Source of the DNA: Stegostoma tigrinum
Taxonomy: Eukaryota
NCBI RefSeq assembly: GCF_030684315.1
Contig: NC_081397.1
Span: 12,610,421-12,674,420, forward strand
Length of the DNA: 64,000 nucleotides
Direction: 5' to 3'
Below the pieces are notes generated by a model. The model ran no database searches. It was not told the DNA's origin and saw only the letters and a program-made list of their open reading frames with translations. Made by a program: the position numbers and the translations under genes. Shown here one piece after another: positions 1-12,471 of the stretch (position 1 is its first letter; each line of letters starts with the position of its first letter).

Positions 1-530
1 CCATGCAGGACTCCTGATCCGGCTTGCATAGGATACTATCTGTCCCCCTAAAAATAGAATCCCCTATAACAACTACCTGTCTTTTTGCTCCCCCCTCTTG
101 AATGGCCTTCTGCACCACGGTGCTGTGGTCAGCTGGCTCATCCTGTCCACTGTCCTTTTCCTCATCTGTACAGGGAGCAAGAATCTCCTACCTCTTGGTC
201 AAGGTCAAGAGCTGAGGCTCCTGTACTCCTGAACTCTGAATCCCCCTACCTGCCTCACTTACAGTCACACCTTGTCCCTGAACACTTTCTGAATTTGAGT
301 TATTTAATCTACTGGGTGTGACTGCCTCCTGAAACAAAGTGTCCAGGTAACTCTCCCCCTCCTGGATGTGCCGCAGAGTTTGAAGCTCAAATTCCAGATC
401 ATTTACTCTGATCCGGAGTTCTTCCAGCAACTAACACTTGCTGCAGATGTGGTCACTGCCATTCTCAATGGGATCAGCCAGCTCCCACATCATACAGCTA
501 CAGCACATCACCTGTCCAGCCATTACTACT
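1..530 (-). mobile_element. CR1 LINE ORF1 fragment (Zn-finger/coiled-coil to start of esterase)
   Basis: ORF 188..430 (LEELRIRVNDLEFELQTLRHI...EPQLLTL) resembles the CR1 ORF1 copy at 4400-5115; minus strand near base 60 reads VVVIGDS. Confidence 0.75.
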
Positions 531-1424
531 TAGAACGTAGAAACATAGAACATAGAAAAGTACAGCACAGTACAGGCCCTTTGGCCCACCATGTTGTGCT
601 GTGGAATAATCCTAATCCAAAAATAAAATAACCTAACCTACATTCCCCTCAATTCACTGCTGTCCATGTGCATGTCCAGCAGTCACTTAAATGTCACTAA
701 TGACTCTGCTTCCACAACTACCACTGGCAAACTATTCCATGCGCTCACAACTCTCTGGGTGAAGAACCTCCCTCTGATGTCTCCTCTATATCTTCCTCCT
801 AACACCTTAAAACTATGACCCCTCATGGCAGTCTATCCTGCCCTGGGGAAAGATCTCTGGCTATTGATTCTATCAATGCCTCTCATTACCTTGTACACCT
901 CGATCAAGTCACCTCTCTTCCTCCTTCTCTTCAGAGAGAAAAGTCTGAACTCAGTCAACCTCTCCTTGTAAGACAAGCCCTCCAGTCCAAAAGCATCCTG
1001 GTAAACCTCCTTTGCAGCCTCTCCAAAGCCTTTACATCTTTCCTATAATAGAGCAACTAGAACTGGGCACAATATTCCAAGTGTGGTCTCACCAGGGTTT
1101 TGTCGAGCTGCAGCATAACCTCGCGGCTCTTAAACTCGATCCCCCTGTTAATGAAAGCCAAAACACCATATGCTTTCTTAACAACCTTATCCACCTGGGT
1201 GGCAACTTTGAGGGAGCTGTGCACTTGAACACCAAGATCCCGCTGTTCCTGCACACTGCCGAGAATCCTGCCTTTAATCCTATATTCAGCATTTAAGTTC
1301 GACCTTCCAAAATGCATCACTTCGCATTTATCCAGGTTGAACTCCATCTGCCATTTCTCAGCCCAGCTCTGCATTCTGTCAATGTCTCGCTGAAACCTGC
1401 AATAGCCCTCGATACTATCAACGA
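531..1424 (-). mobile_element. CR1 LINE 3' fragment (RT C-terminus, 3'UTR, (TTCTATG)n-like tail)
   Basis: WAEKWQMEFNLDKCEVMHFG...LVRPHLEYCAQF; tail seen as tagaaacatagaacatagaa at ~538-557. Confidence 0.9.
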
Positions 1425-1542
1425 TTTACTTATTTAGTTAACTTTTACAATTTTTGTATTAAATGCTTTCGAGTACTTCTCTGCTACACTCTTTTTCAAT
1501 TAAGCAATTTCACTTTTAATCAATTGACCACAGCCAAGCCCT

Positions 1543-1680
1543 GCCCATCTTTGGACTGTGGGAGGAAACTGGAGCACACAGATATGGGGAAAATGTGCAA
1601 ACTTGCCTCCAAAAATGACCAAAGGCTGGAATCAAATCCGGGTCCCTGGCATTGTGAGGCAGCAGCGCTAAACACTGCGT
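1543..1680 (-). mobile_element. HE1-like tRNA-derived V-SINE (partial)
   Basis: Minus strand reads CAGTGTTTAGCGCTGCTGCCTCACAATGCCAGGGACCCGGATTTGATTCC (A/B boxes) followed by the TTTCCTCCCACAGTCCAAAGATG V-domain. Confidence 0.75.
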
Positions 1681-2103
1681 GAGGAATAAATGGATGGTAT
1701 TATGTATGCATGATCGAATTAGTTCACGAGGGAGATAAAGGGCATAGATTTAGACACAGGTCCGACAGTGAGATACCATAATCGGTGCTGGGAATGCACC
1801 ATGTGAAGACAGTGAAGAAAGCAGACATTGAGACCAGGATCATAATTAGTCTGAAGCGATTGGAAAATTGGAGTTCGAGCGAGAGAATATTCAGACAATT
1901 GGATGCAATACTGATGGTGATTGTTGGCAACAGGCAACTTAGTAACTGGCCAGAGAGGGTGTACAGATGCTCCTCAGGAAGTTTTCTATCCAGATGCATC
2001 ACAGCTTGGTATGGCAACTACTTTCCCCAAGGCTGCAAGAAACTCCCAAGTGCCATGAACACAGCCCAGTCCATCATGCAAACCAGCCTTCCAACCATTG
2101 ACT

Positions 2104-2194
2104 GTCTGGCAGGGTCGAGGCCCGAAACGTCAGCTTTTGTGCTTCTGAGATGCTGCTTGGCCTGCTGTGTTCATCCAGCTCCACACTTTGTTAT
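2104..2194 (+). mobile_element. Short Penelope-like (pLTR-derived) insertion with 16-bp flanking duplication
   Basis: CTTCCAACCATTGACT at 2088-2103 and 2195-2210; body GGGTCGAGGCCCGAAACGTCAGC...GCCTGCTGTGTTCATCCAGC. Confidence 0.8.
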
Positions 2195-2216
2195 CTTCCA
2201 ACCATTGACTTCAACT

Positions 2217-2852
2217 TGTGATGATGCTGAGGTTTTGAGATTATGTCGAGGTTTTTGTTTTAAAATAAGGTTTAAAGCAGAGGTTACATCCAGTCTACCA
2301 GAGTCACTCGAGTAAACAGCTTGTGGGGCCTTAGTTTTTATTTAAAAGGTTGGAACAATACAGCCAGCCTGGATGGCCATCTCTGATGGACCAGGATTTC
2401 TTGCAGATGTTAGGTTTTAACTTTAGATTTAAGCAGTTGTTGTTGTGTGTTTGAAGGAACGGAAGCTATTATTCCCTCTCTCAATTACAGCCAAAAGCTG
2501 GGGCCTCTCTCCCTCGGCTGCTAGATTCTATGTGAGACAAAACACACTTTTCTGAATCTGTCTATTTGTCAAAGAGTGTGTTTATGAGACGTTCCTACAT
2601 TGGGACAGTTAATTCATCGCTGTTATTCTGTTAAGTTTTCCAATATAATTAACCTACTCCAAATTCCTCTTTCTGTGGTTGTATTTTAAACATAGTGTTT
2701 AAATAAGTTGTGTTTTGCTTGACATCGAGTAGTTTGACCAATTGAATTGCACCTGGAAAACAGCATTTACATCTGGCTTTAAAACAAGAAAAGTTTAGGG
2801 TCTAGGTTACCTGCTTAAAGCATTTTGAGGGGGTCTGGTCTGGTTCATAACA
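2217..2852 (+). mobile_element. Solo LTR
   Basis: TGTGATG...CATAACA termini; near 4-bp TSD AACT/ATCT; splits the Rex/Babar sequence; shares a motif (GAGTGTGTTTATGAGAC) with the LTR at 19692. Confidence 0.65.
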
Positions 2853-3158
2853 ATCTATACTTCCTGCTGCACCAAGAAAGCAACTGACACACTCGAAGAC
2901 CACTCCCACCCCAGTTATATTCTCTTCCATCTTCTTCCATCAGGTAGAAGATAGAAAAGTTTGAATACATGTCCCAACAGATTCAAGAATTCCTTCATCC
3001 TTGCTTCTATCAGACTTTTCAATGGGCCTCTCAAAAGTTAATGTTGAAGTTAAAGTTATGCACCTTCTCTGCATATTCTGCATTCTGTTCTATTACCCTA
3101 ATGCTCTTGTATGGCACAATCTGCCTATATAGCTCACAAAACAACACCTCTCACTGTA

Positions 3159-3278
3159 ATAAAATGTGAGGCTGGATGAACACAGCAGGCCAAGCAGCAT
3201 CTCAAGCAGCAGCCTCACATTTTATTATCTTGGAATTCTCCAGCATCTGCAGTTCCCATTATCTCTGATACTATTTTA
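3159..3278. mobile_element. Short palindromic Penelope-derived insertion with 13-bp flanking duplication
   Basis: ACCTCTCACTGTA at 3146-3158 and 3279-3291; internal inverted repeat AATAAAATGTGAGGCTG...CAGCCTCACATTTTATT. Confidence 0.8.
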
Positions 3279-3342
3279 ACCTCTCACTGTATCTTGCTCC
3301 ATGTGACAATAGTAAATCAAATCAAAGTCCAAAATGGTTTAG

Positions 3343-5115
3343 AAGACCATAAGACATAGAAGCAGAAGTTAGGCCTTTCGGCCCATCGAGTCTGCTCTGT
3401 CATTCAATCATTGCTAATAAGTTTCTCAATGCCATTCTCCTGCTTTTTCCCTATAATCCTTGATCACCTTGATAATAAAGAACCTATCTATCTTTGTCTT
3501 GAATATAATCAATGACCTGGACTTCACAGTCTTTTATGGCAATGAATGCCATAGATTCAGCACTCTCTGGCTGAAGAAGGTTCTCCTCATCTCCATTCTA
3601 AAAGGTCTTCCCTTTACTCTCAGGCTGTGCTCCCTGATCCTGGTTTCTCTGGCCAATAGAAACATCTTCCCAACATCCAGCCTGTCCAGGCCATTCACTA
3701 TTCTGTAAATTTTAATTAAATCCTCCTTAGTCCTTCTAAATTCCACTGAGTATAGACCCAGAGTCCTCACACATCCGTCATATGTTAAGCTTTTCATTCC
3801 TTGAACCATTCTTGTGAACCTCCTCTGAACCTTTTCCAGGGCCATTACATCCTTCCTGAGATATGGGGTCCAAAATTTCTCACAGTACTCTAAATGTGGT
3901 CTGACCAGAGCTTTGTAAAGCGTCGGAAGTACATCCCTGCTTTTATATTCTAGTCCTCTCAAAACAAATGCCAACATCATATTTGACTTCCTCACTACAG
4001 ACTCAACCTGCAAGTTTATCTGAAGAAAATCCTGGACTGGCACTCCCAAGTTGCTTTGCACTTCAAATTTCTCAATGTCTTCCCCATTTGGCAAACAGTC
4101 TACTCTTCCTAATAAAGTGCATTCCCTCATACTTTCTCATGTTCTATTCCATCTGCCATTTCTTTGCCCACTCTCCTAACTTGTCTCAATCCTTCTGCAG
4201 CCTCACCCCTTCCACAACAGCCAGAATGCCCTCAGTTCCTTCATTTCGATCATTAAAGTATCAAGTGAAAAGTTGTGGTCCCAACACTGACCCTTACAGT
4301 CACTGGCTGTCATCCTGAAAAGGACTGTTATATTTTGCATCAGGCCATTGCATTTTTGGGTGTGATATCCTTCACTTCTCCTCCTCGTCACCGACCGCCC
4401 CCCCCCACCCCAGGTTTAAAGTCCTGCTGACCATCCTATTTACCCTTGTCACAGGAACATTGGTCCCAGCTCAGCTCAGCTGCAGACCATCCCAGTGGTA
4501 CAGATCCCTCCTATTGCAATACGGATGCCAGTGCCCCATGAAAAGGAAACCCTCTTTAGCACACCACTCTTTTAGCCATGTGTTTACTTCCCTTATTCTC
4601 ACGTCCCTAGCCAACTGGTACAGGAATCCGGCAGTAATCCTTGAGTGCCTGTTCTTTAATTTACTTTCCAGTTCCTCATAATCCCTCAACACGTACTATT
4701 ACCTCGTCTTGCCTATGTTGTTTATCCCAAAGTGGACCACAACAGCTGAATTCTCCCCCTCCCTCTGTCCTTTCAAGCTGGTCAGCGATGTCCCTCACCC
4801 TGGCACCGGACAGGCAACAGACCATGTGGTACTCCTTATCCTGCGTACTAAGGATGCTGTCTATTCCTGTCATTATCGAATCCCTTACAACTACCAACTC
4901 TTAAATGGCCCCCTGTGTCACGGTGCTGTGGTCAGCTGGCTCATCCTCCCTACAGCCCTGTTCCTCATCCACACTGGGAGTAAGTGCCTCATACCTGTTG
5001 GACAAAGTCAAGAGCTGAGGCTCCTCTGTTCCTGACTGCAGGATGCCTCTATCTGTCTCAATTGCAGTCACAACCTTCTGTCCCTGGCCACTGATCAAAT
5101 TTGTGGTACTTAGTC
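3343..5115 (-). mobile_element. Internally deleted CR1 (ORF1 SGNH esterase plus ORF2 C-terminus and tail)
   Basis: ORF 3534..4130 ([13 protein letters not shown]...FFSQRVLNLW); esterase motifs VVVRDSI, CLSGARVRDI and DLYHWDGLQL at 4470-4900. Confidence 0.85.
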
Positions 5116-5239
5116 TGACATTCTCCCCTCTCCCCACTCCCTGTGGGAGTGAATCCCACATTCCCTCCCAACCACTGCCTTTGGGCAAGAGTCCCACATT
5201 CTCCCCCCACTCCTTGTGGAAGCCAGTCCCACATTCACC

Positions 5240-5535
5240 CCCAATTTTCTGGAGGGGAAGGGGGGAACATTTCTCTGAATTCCCTGTTGGATTTATTTAC
5301 GACTGTCTTCTATCCTTGGCCTCAGGTTCTGGTTTCCCAGCCCCACAAGTGGAAACATCTTCTGTACATCTCCCAGATCAAGTCACCTTCCAGAAATTGA
5401 AACACCTCGATCAGGTCACCCACAGCTTTCTCTTTTCATGAGAAACCAGCCTCAGACTGTTCAGTCTCTTCTGACTGTTATAACCTCTCGGTTCTGGGAT
5501 CATCCTTTGTAAATCCTGCTTGCACCCTCTCCAGT
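5240..5535 (-). mobile_element. Old CR1 3' fragment
   Basis: Degenerate CR1 ORF2 C-terminal sequence (LERVQ..FT.MIP). Confidence 0.55.
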
Positions 5536-6099
5536 ACCTGATTTAATACAAGGCTGACACCATCTCGATCACAGGCAGCAGTATGTCACCAATAACTTAC
5601 ATTTTACACTCAAGGTGACCCAGTTTAACACTGAGTTAGTATTTAACTCACTGCCACAGCTCATCTGGGCATGCTCACCTTGAGAAGTTCTGCTCCTCTC
5701 TCCAATGGGATTTCCATTCCAACCTTTCCTTTCTTGTTCACCGGCATTAACTTCACTGTCGCTCCTGGTGTTTGAGCAGGTATTTGCTAAAACTTGTTTC
5801 CACAGCCATATCACATTCCTCAGTGTCTGCCTCAGCTCAAGCTCACCAAACTTGGATCCTAACTGAAGATGCATTACTCAAGTTTTGAATCCTTTCTGGA
5901 TCACAACGATCTCCATGATGTTCCATGTTCCACACAGAGCTGTTCTTTCCACATCAGTGTCATGCGGTGTCATACACACACTCTCGACCTCTCTCTAACA
6001 ACATTGCTTTAAGCTGGCTCAGGGCAGCACAACTCCGCAGTTCCACTTCATCCTCCATCTCATGCGCTGGGCTAACAAGTACCATTTTCTTTTCCTTTC

Positions 6100-7380
6100 A
6101 GACATAAAAGCATATGTGATGCAACACCTCAGAGATACCCATGATATTCTGGAATCTTCCTCCCCTCCCCTTTTCTCTGACTCCATCTCCTCCCACAACT
6201 CCACCTCCTGTCAGTTATTTACTGGAAATTGGAAGCAAAATTGTTAGCTTTTCCAATTCCAGACCAGAAAGAGCAGCAGTACCAATGATATCACCGAAAC
6301 ATCAGAGAAAGAGTTGTGGGAGGCAGCCAGAATAGGACGAGAACAAGGAATGGTCCACCTACTCCAGGAAGAGACAGGAATAACTATGTCCCATGTGGGT
6401 ACCCTTGGGAACCACTCTGAATTAAAAGAGATGTTGTTGATGGTGAGGACAAGCTTGGGCATGTGGAAGAATGTGTTGTTGGTTGATGATGCTTCAGGCC
6501 TGGGCTCCAGCAGAAACAGAGCCCCAAGATCATCCTGATGGGGGATGGATCTGCAAAGGGATTGCACATCCATGGTAAAGATAAGGCTGCTGGAGCCTGC
6601 ACACTTGAAATTTCTGAAAAAAACTCACAAAGGGTCAGAGGATTCATGGATGTTCATGGGCAGGGACTGGACCAGGGGAGAAAAGGCCGAGTCAAGGTGG
6701 GAAGAGATGAGTTCTGTGGCCATGAGCAGGCTCTCACAATGGGTCTACACAGGCACTCCTGTTTGTGGATTTTCAGAAGGAGGTAGAAGCAAGCTGAGTA
6801 TGGATGAGGTTGATCGGCTTGGAGACAGCAGGAGGTGGGGGGGATGTGGTGGGGGTGGCAGGATCACCAGATGAAATGAGGTTAATGACAACAGTTGATA
6901 CAATGGCCTGATGTTCTATGGTGGGTTCACGTTCCAGAGGGAAATAGGAGGAGGTATCTGTGAGCTGGCGCTCATCCTCTGTAATGTGGAAGTTAGTACA
7001 CCAGAGTACAACAATACCACCCTTATCGGCAGACTTAATAACAATCAGGGTTGGATCTAAGTGCCAAGGTCAGTTGAGAGGAAGATGGGTTGCATTGGGT
7101 GTGGTGGGCAGAGAAACTGAGCTGTCCAATGTCATGTCAACAGTTCTCAAAGAACATATCGAGTGCAGGCAAAAGGCCAGAGGGAGGGATCCAGGTGGAG
7201 GGAGAAGGTCTATGGGATATGGGGAGGGCTCTTGTTCAAAGAAGCAGGCACGGAGGAGAAGACAATGGAAGAAGAGTTCTTCATCACATATTGCCTGAAA
7301 TCCATTAAGCTGGGAACACAGAGGGATAAAACTGAGACCTTTGTTGACTACGAAGCTCAGGCTCAGATTCTCTAGCATCA
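6100..7380 (-). mobile_element. Penelope-like element, degenerate RT region
   Basis: MDVQSL..SIPHQD.L.AL...LVLT.NN.SFNS (6244..6573) and KGLSFIPL...ELFF..L.LRA.FF (7070..7378). Confidence 0.8.
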
Positions 7381-8549
7381 GAAATGAGTATCAGACTGTC
7401 AGAGAGTTGGCACTGAGGGAACACTGCACTGTCAGCGGTTTTGTACTGAGGCAATGCTGCACTATTGGAGCTCTCATCTTATATGTGATGTTCTAATGTA
7501 GCTGTGTGCATGGTCATTACTTCCATGTCAATATAATTGATAACTCGAATACTGCTGTCAAATGAGCGTCCACAGAAATTGTGGAGGTGTAATTTTCTGA
7601 TGAACTGGCTGATGAAATCACTGCTTTTAAATAACACTGGCTCCGGTGAGGAAGGGGCTGTTTTTGGAGACATCACTTTGAAAGAAGCAGCACATCTGTT
7701 GGAATTGAAGGTAATTTCAGAATTGTGAATTGAACTGGCCTGTCAGTGATGGTGACTGAGAATCACTCAGCAGTAACTAAGGAACCTCATCTTGTTCCTT
7801 CATGTCCCCTACACACTCAGCAATCAGCTGTCCTCATCTATCAAGCCTCCTTGGTACCAAGCCTCCTCCATCACTTTTTTCTGCACGCCAGTGATCTCCG
7901 AGCCCTGTAATCAAGACTAGGAATAACACAGCCTGTTTACTTGCTCAGACCCTCGGTGACACAGGTTACATAGGTTATTGCTCCACGTAACTCCATTTCC
8001 ACACACATGTAGATGACGCTTAACTGCCCTCAGAAAAGTCACTTCAGGATGAGCAGCAAACACTGCTGCTCATCAGGAAATAAAAGTTTTTAAAAATTAT
8101 TCTCAGCATTGCCACACTGTTGGATGGCCAGTGTTGAGGGAGTGTTGTACTGTTGGATGGTAAGCATGAGATAAAGAGGAAATGTTACTGAGCTGTAGAC
8201 ATGATTACGAATTACATGTGCAAAAATGTTTAGCCAGTCTTCAGCAATAAATCACTGACAGGAGGATTGATACAGCCAGTCAAACTATTTGGAGCTTGCT
8301 TGAAGTTAGAAAGATGAAAGGTTGCAGCAGATCAGATAATCACGAGGCAGGAGAGACTGGTCAAGGACAGGAAGTCAGTGCCAAATGTTTGATAGGCTCT
8401 TGTCAGGTCTCTGCAATTAAACATAGCTTTTCAAAGCATGGTTTAGGTACTGATATCTCACTGGTGTTTGAGAATAAAACAAATTTTCATTGTACAGGTT
8501 CGGCTTTTGAGTATCCACCTGAATTTGCACCACTTGCAATTACTACAAT

Positions 8550-8820
8550 GAGGTCTGTCTGCCCTTATGTGTGGTAATAATTGATCCCAGTGCCATTATT
8601 TGGAGAAGAATGGGTGCAGTGGGGAATTCTCACAGGGTACTGCAGTCAGTACCTTCCCTCAAAAGTCACTACAAAACATAGACATACAATCTGGAGCATT
8701 GTCACGTTCCTTCCTGTGGGAGCTTGCTGTGCACAAATTGGCTGCAGTTTTTCCCATATGACGACCCTTCAATAAAAATAAGGTGAATTGTAAAATGCTT
8801 CAGGATGCTCAGAATTCACA
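8550..8820 (+). mobile_element. Deu-domain SINE remnant (SacSINE1/AmnSINE1-like)
   Basis: TGTGGGAGCTTGCTGTGCACAAATTGGCTGC core; related GAGGG..A.TGCACTGT pieces at 7390-7470 and 8105-8160. Confidence 0.6.
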
Positions 8821-9429
8821 ATACCCACACAGTTAAATGTTTAATAGACGATGAAGCATTTTACTCACGGGAAGCTGAGTCCAAGGGGATTTAGACTGGC
8901 CCCTGTTGAATGGGTGGCCCGTTCGAGACTGTTCAGAGATGGATTTATTCCCAAAGTGTTCACTTGAAAGGTACCGATGGACAGATAGAAGAACGGTAAC
9001 TGGACACGAAACACTAACACTGTTTTGCTACAGACGCCGCCGGATCTGCTGAGTTTCTCCAGCATTTTCTGTTATTGCTTCTTTCAGATTTCCTAGAATC
9101 CACATTCAGTGTTTTGTTTGATTAAAGGGGAGTTTCTGGCTCTCTCAGCTGGCCTAGGCAAAAGCTGAGCTCACTCTGGGCAGAGGCTCAGTCTTTACCA
9201 GTTCAAGGCGAATGTGGAGCTGTGTAAATCATATGGATTTCAATGTGGTTTTTCTTTTGTTTTAATGCAACATTCGTTTCAATGCTGTCTTGGTTTTACT
9301 TGTGAGACCACAGTGGGTTGTGGATGTAGGACTGCCTGAGAATGTGGTCAGGATCACTCAGCAACTCACAGAGAGGGCAAACGGCATTTATGGGAAACTT
9401 GGACTAAACTGACCTCAGGGAGAATGCAT

Positions 9430-9870
9430 AGGCACCCATGCACAGACACACAAACACACACTCCGCCTCCTCGAAACACACGCACTCAGCCACAGGCACA
9501 CTCACTGAGACTCCCACACAGGCACCTGCCCACAGGCACACTCACTCACTCAGACATACACTCACAGGCATTCACTCAGGTACCCAACAAACATGAACAC
9601 ACATGCACACACACACTCAGACAGACACTTATTGACTAAGTCACCAACTCACTCACGCACACTCACATCCTCACTCAGACAGACACTTATTCACTAGGTC
9701 ATCCATTCACTCACACACACTGACTCTCGCACTCACGCTCAGTCATGTGCCCATGTACCATCAGATACTGACTCATAGAAACATTCAATCAAACATTCAC
9801 TCACACCCTTTCACACACTTACAGTCTCACAAACACACAGTTTCTCGTGTGCACACGCAAGGCCAACATA
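9430..9870. repeat. Degenerate (CA)/(CACT) low-complexity tract
   Basis: Direct inspection; includes an imperfect ~55-bp duplication CACTCAGACAGACACTTATT. Confidence 0.85.
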
Positions 9871-10171
9871 TTTTACAAATTTTCATTGCGACACACGAGT
9901 TTGTGAATGTAATCCAAGAGGGAGCAATATTGTCAGAGCTCAGACAGCCCAGTCAGTGAGTGTGCACGGCAAATATGTTCGACAGGCAGGCAACAAAAAC
10001 AAATAGTGCAGTACACTTGCACAGATTCGACAGACGTGAGGCCAAGAAAAAGCAGAATTGGAAAGGTACACAGGGCAACCTTTCTAAGAGGTTTGTGAAG
10101 ATTAGCTTCTGGAACATTCACCACTGACATCAAGATTCTTGGATTATGCAAGTTTGTGCAAACCCTTTCAA

Positions 10172-11325
10172 AGACCATAAGATGTAGGAGCAGAAGTAGG
10201 CCATTTAGCCCATCAAATCCACTCTGCTATGAGATCAGGGTTGATCTGATCATTCTCAACTCCACCATCCTACCTTTTTACCCCACAAACCTTGATTTCC
10301 CTTACTGATTAGAAATCTATCTCAGCTTTGATTATATTTAATAACCCAGCCTCAACAACCCTCAAAGTGAAGACTTCCACAGATTCACCACCGTCAGAGA
10401 AGAAATTCCTCCTGATCTCTGTCTTAAATAGATGATGCCTTATTCTGAGACAATGCCCTCCTGTACTAGACTCTCACATTACAGGAAACAATTTCTCCAC
10501 ATTGAGCCTGTCGAGTCCCTCTAAGAAACTTGTTTGATTCAATGAGGTCACCTCTCATTCTTTGAAACTAAATAAGACCATAAGACATAGGAGTGGAAGT
10601 AAGGCCATTCGGCCCATCAAGTCCACTCCGCCATTTAAGTCATGGCTGATGGGCATTTCAACACCACTTCCCTGCACTCTCCCCGTAGCCCTTGATTCCT
10701 TTTGAGATTAAGAATTTGTTGATCTCAGCCTTGAAGGCATTCAATGTCCCGGCCTCCACTGCACTCTGCGGCAATGAATTCCACAAGCTCACCAGTCTGT
10801 GGCTGAAGAAATGTCATCTCATTTCAGTTTTAAATTTACCCCCTTTAGTTTTAAGGCTGTGTCCATGGGTCCTAGTCTCCCCACCTAATGGAAACAACTT
10901 CCTAGCGTCCACCCCTTCTAAACCATACATTATCTTGTAAGTTTCTATTAGATCTCCCCTCAACCTTCTAAATTCTAATGAGTACAATCCCAGGATCCTT
11001 AGCCGTTCATCATATGCTAAACCTACCATTCCAGGGATCATCCATGTGACTATCCGCTGGACACGCTCCAGGGCTAGTATGTCCTTCCTGACGTTTGTTG
11101 CCCAAAATTGGACACAAAATTGGAAATGATGCAGACCCAACCTACTCAAACTCACCTCACAAGACAATCCCTCCAATACCTCGGAGCAGCCTGATAAACC
11201 TTCTCTGGAATTCCTCCAATGCCAACATATCTTAGATTGGGGCTGAAAACTGGAAAATATTCACAGTATTCCAGCTGTGGTCTAACTGTTCTCTTGTATC
11301 TATTTAACAGAAACTCCCCACTTTC
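10172..11325 (-). mobile_element. CR1 3' fragment with a second CR1 3' end (~10574-11115) nested inside it
   Basis: Two CR1 tails (gaccataagatgtagg, gaccataagacatagg); ORF 10814..11176 (LYSLEFRRLRGDLIETYKI); outer copy resumes at ~11120. Confidence 0.8.
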
Positions 11326-11779
11326 ATAATTTGTCCTTTTTTTTGACAGCGGTTGGTTGGCAGTATTCAGAGTGAGAGATTCTTTTATCTGCAAGGCAAG
11401 GGGTGCTGTTGGGTAACAGTTTGACAGTGACTTTTCCAGTACTGTAGTGCTTGAACCCTGGGCGAGGGATACAGGGTCGCAGTTCACAAGTATACCTTCT
11501 GCCATGAGCCCTTACCGGGGTTGTACTCGATATCCAACCACTTGTATTTTGTATATTCCTGGAAAGACAAGACACAAACTTACCGCAAGGGAATTCTTTC
11601 TGCTGGGCTTTGGGGGGAGGGGAATCAGTCACGAGTAACATAGTTAGCTCCTTCATGATCATCTCCTGCTGCCTTTGTTTCTCTCTGCCATTTGACATTT
11701 TGCAAACACACTACAGGTGACTCAGGATTGTGTCAGGCAGGGGTCATAGTTTTGGGAGAGAACACGTGAGAGGTCAGAG

Positions 11780-12250
11780 AATAGCTCTAAAGTTGAAGAA
11801 AAAAAAAATACAAAACAAAGTGAAATTTCACAGCTGACCCTGGACAGGCCTCAATATGGGAACTACTAAGAGGTGATAGTGTCTGCATTTCACAGTCTGA
11901 TCAGCTAAATGTTTGTTTAATCTGTTTTATTTGCATATTTATAATAGTAGTAGGGTGAGGTTTCTTTTGTTTAACGGAGATCTGTCTTGATTTTATCTGA
12001 ATACAAAAGATAAGTACTAAGTTATCTTAGAACAGTGTTTTAAGAGCAGCAGAGGCAGTGCTAATTTCTGGGTCTGCATATTAAGGTGCAGGAATGGCCT
12101 TTCATAGAGTGATGTGCTCTTTATGTCTGATCTGGGAGATTGGGAAAAAAATTCAGTGTTATTGATGATTCCATCCACAGAAAACATGTTTGGTCACCAA
12201 TCATGTTGGATCAATAGGTTCGAATGGCAGATACTGGTAACAATGAATTT
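11780..12250 (+). mobile_element. CR1 5'UTR/ORF1 N-terminal fragment
   Basis: ATG at ~12094 gives MAFHRVMCSLCLIWEI, the CR1 ORF1 CxxC-xxWE start. Confidence 0.55.
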
Positions 12251-12471
12251 ACAGGAACCAGGCTTGGCCTGCTGAGTTCCTCCAACTCCACACTGTGTTA
12301 TATCTGACTTCAGCATTGGCAGTTCTGGCTATCTCTGTTTGAGATGGGAAAGCCACAGGAGATTCCTGCACTACAGGCTGGCCCTCCTACGTGTGTGTGG
12401 CCAGCATTTACAATTTTGGGATAGCAGTGGGGGGCAAATAAATCAAAACACAAACTGTGTGTTCTGAATTT

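Larger units (their letters stand above)
1960..3320 (+). mobile_element. Rex1/Babar-like LINE 3' fragment, interrupted by two Penelope-derived inserts and a solo LTR
   Basis: CITAWYGN motif at ~1995 and degenerate HP..SLF.LLPSGRR..SL...RFKNSF at 2900-2995. Confidence 0.6.

Noticed and set aside
5560-6100. Exon-like minus-strand region with GTAAGT donor
   Set aside because: Stops interrupt every frame over its length and no family was recognised
11324-11698. 124-aa minus-strand ORF in non-TE DNA
   Set aside because: No recognisable domain or donor site; runs into a CR1; not distinguishable from a chance ORF
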